This document shows, one piece after another, positions 62,895-64,000 of a stretch of 64,000 nt of DNA (position 1 is the first letter of the stretch; every line of letters starts with the position of its first letter). The notes under the pieces are model-generated. The model was given only the letters and a program-made list of their open reading frames with translations, was not told the DNA's origin and searched no databases. The translations under genes were made by a program, and so were the position numbers. The stretch is from Camelus dromedarius (lineage: Eukaryota): NCBI RefSeq assembly GCF_036321535.1, contig NC_087436.1, positions 7,564,001 to 7,628,000 of the forward strand, given 5' to 3'.

Positions 62895-64000
62895 TCTCCA
62901 GCCTTCTTGAGATATAATTGACAAGTAGAATTGAATATATTTAAAGTGTATAACGTGATGATTTGATATAAGTATACTTTGTGAAATTGTTACCACTATC
63001 GGGTTAATTAACACATCCATCACCTTATATACTTACTTTTTTTCTTGTGGTAAGGACACTTAAGACCTACCCTCTTAGCAAATTTCAAGCATATAATTTA
63101 TGTTATTAACTATAGTCACCATGCTGCATGTTAGATAGCCAGCATGTACTCACTTTATAACTGAAGGCTTTAACTGTTTGACCAGCATCTGCTGTCCACT
63201 CCTCCACCTACCCCCAAATCCACCATTCTACTCTATTTCTATGAGTTTGATGTTTTTTTTAATTTAGATTTCACATGTGAGTGAGGTTATTTGTCTTTCT
63301 CTGTCTTGTGTATTTCACTGAGCACAATGTCTTCTAGTTTCATTTATATTATGGCAAATGGCAGGAACTCCTTCTTTCTCATGGCTGAATAATATACCAT
63401 TTTGTATGTACGTATGTCTACGTCACATCTTCTTTATCCATTCATCCACTGATAGACACCTAGCTTGTTCTGTAACTTGGCTATTCTGAATAATGTTACA
63501 GCGAGCATGGGGGAGCAGATATCTCTTCAGAAGGTACTAATTTTGTTTACAAATTCAAGAGTGGAATTGCTGGATCATATGGTAGTTCTAATTTTAAGTT
63601 TTTGAGGAATTACCATACTGTTTTCTAAACAGCTATAGCAGTTTATATGCCCTCAAACAGTGCCCAAGGGTTCCCTTTTCTAAACATTCTCCCCACCATT
63701 TGTTACTTTTTGTTTCTTTTATAAGACCATCTAACAGATCTGAGGTGATTTGCACTTCCATGGTGATTAGTAATGTCGATAACCTTTTCATTTACCGTTT
63801 TACCATTTGGATGTCCTTGGAAAAATATTTATTCAAATCCATTGCCCATTTTTTAAATCAGTTGAATTCCAGCTATTGAGTTGGATAGGTTCTTCAAATA
63901 TTTCAGATATTAACCTCTTGGATACCTTATTTGCAAATATTTTCTTCCATTCCATAGGTTGTCTTTTAATTTAGTTCATGGTTTCATTTGCTGTGCAGAA
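62895..64000 (-). mobile_element. L1MA9/MA10-like 3' end, running off the window
   Basis: ttgagatataattgaca...tttaaagtgtataacgtgatgatttgatata...ttcattcatccactgatagacac...gaattgctggatcatatggtagttcta. Confidence 0.9.

Noticed and set aside
1..64000. Short ORFs (60-145 aa) in the supplied track as protein-coding genes
   Set aside because: None resembles a cellular protein I recognise; many start at TTG/GTG or run through simple repeats. The recognisable ones are L1 ORF1/ORF2 or L2 ORF2 fossils.

Overview
AT-rich eutherian genomic DNA, intergenic or deep intronic. It is very probably camelid (camel/alpaca/llama), judging by four short tRNA-derived SINEs of the camelid Vic-SINE type and by cetartiodactyl-type L1 3' ends. 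I can support no protein-coding exon, rRNA, tRNA gene or CRISPR array; the recognisable ORFs are L1/L2 fossils and the rest look like chance ORFs. A large part of the window is transposable-element debris: L1, L2, L3/CR1, MIR, MaLR (MLT1) LTRs plus one internal segment, MER77, three ERV1-type solo LTRs with 4-bp TSDs, and hAT-Charlie MITEs. The most notable unexplained structure is an old long inverted repeat (arms ~7110-7500 and ~8140-8530, 85-86% identity in two hand-aligned blocks) about 1.6 kb from a GC-box/G-quadruplex promoter-like element at ~5150-5650, with exon-like non-coding segments nearby. Other observations are an orphan polyadenylated retro-stub, an orphan L1 RT snippet flanked by microhomology, nested TE insertions and several CpG-retaining motif clusters. 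Repeat family names are recognised by eye from remembered consensus sequences, and boundaries of old elements are approximate. I see no evidence strong enough to claim a new biological system; the inverted repeat/promoter region is the best lead.
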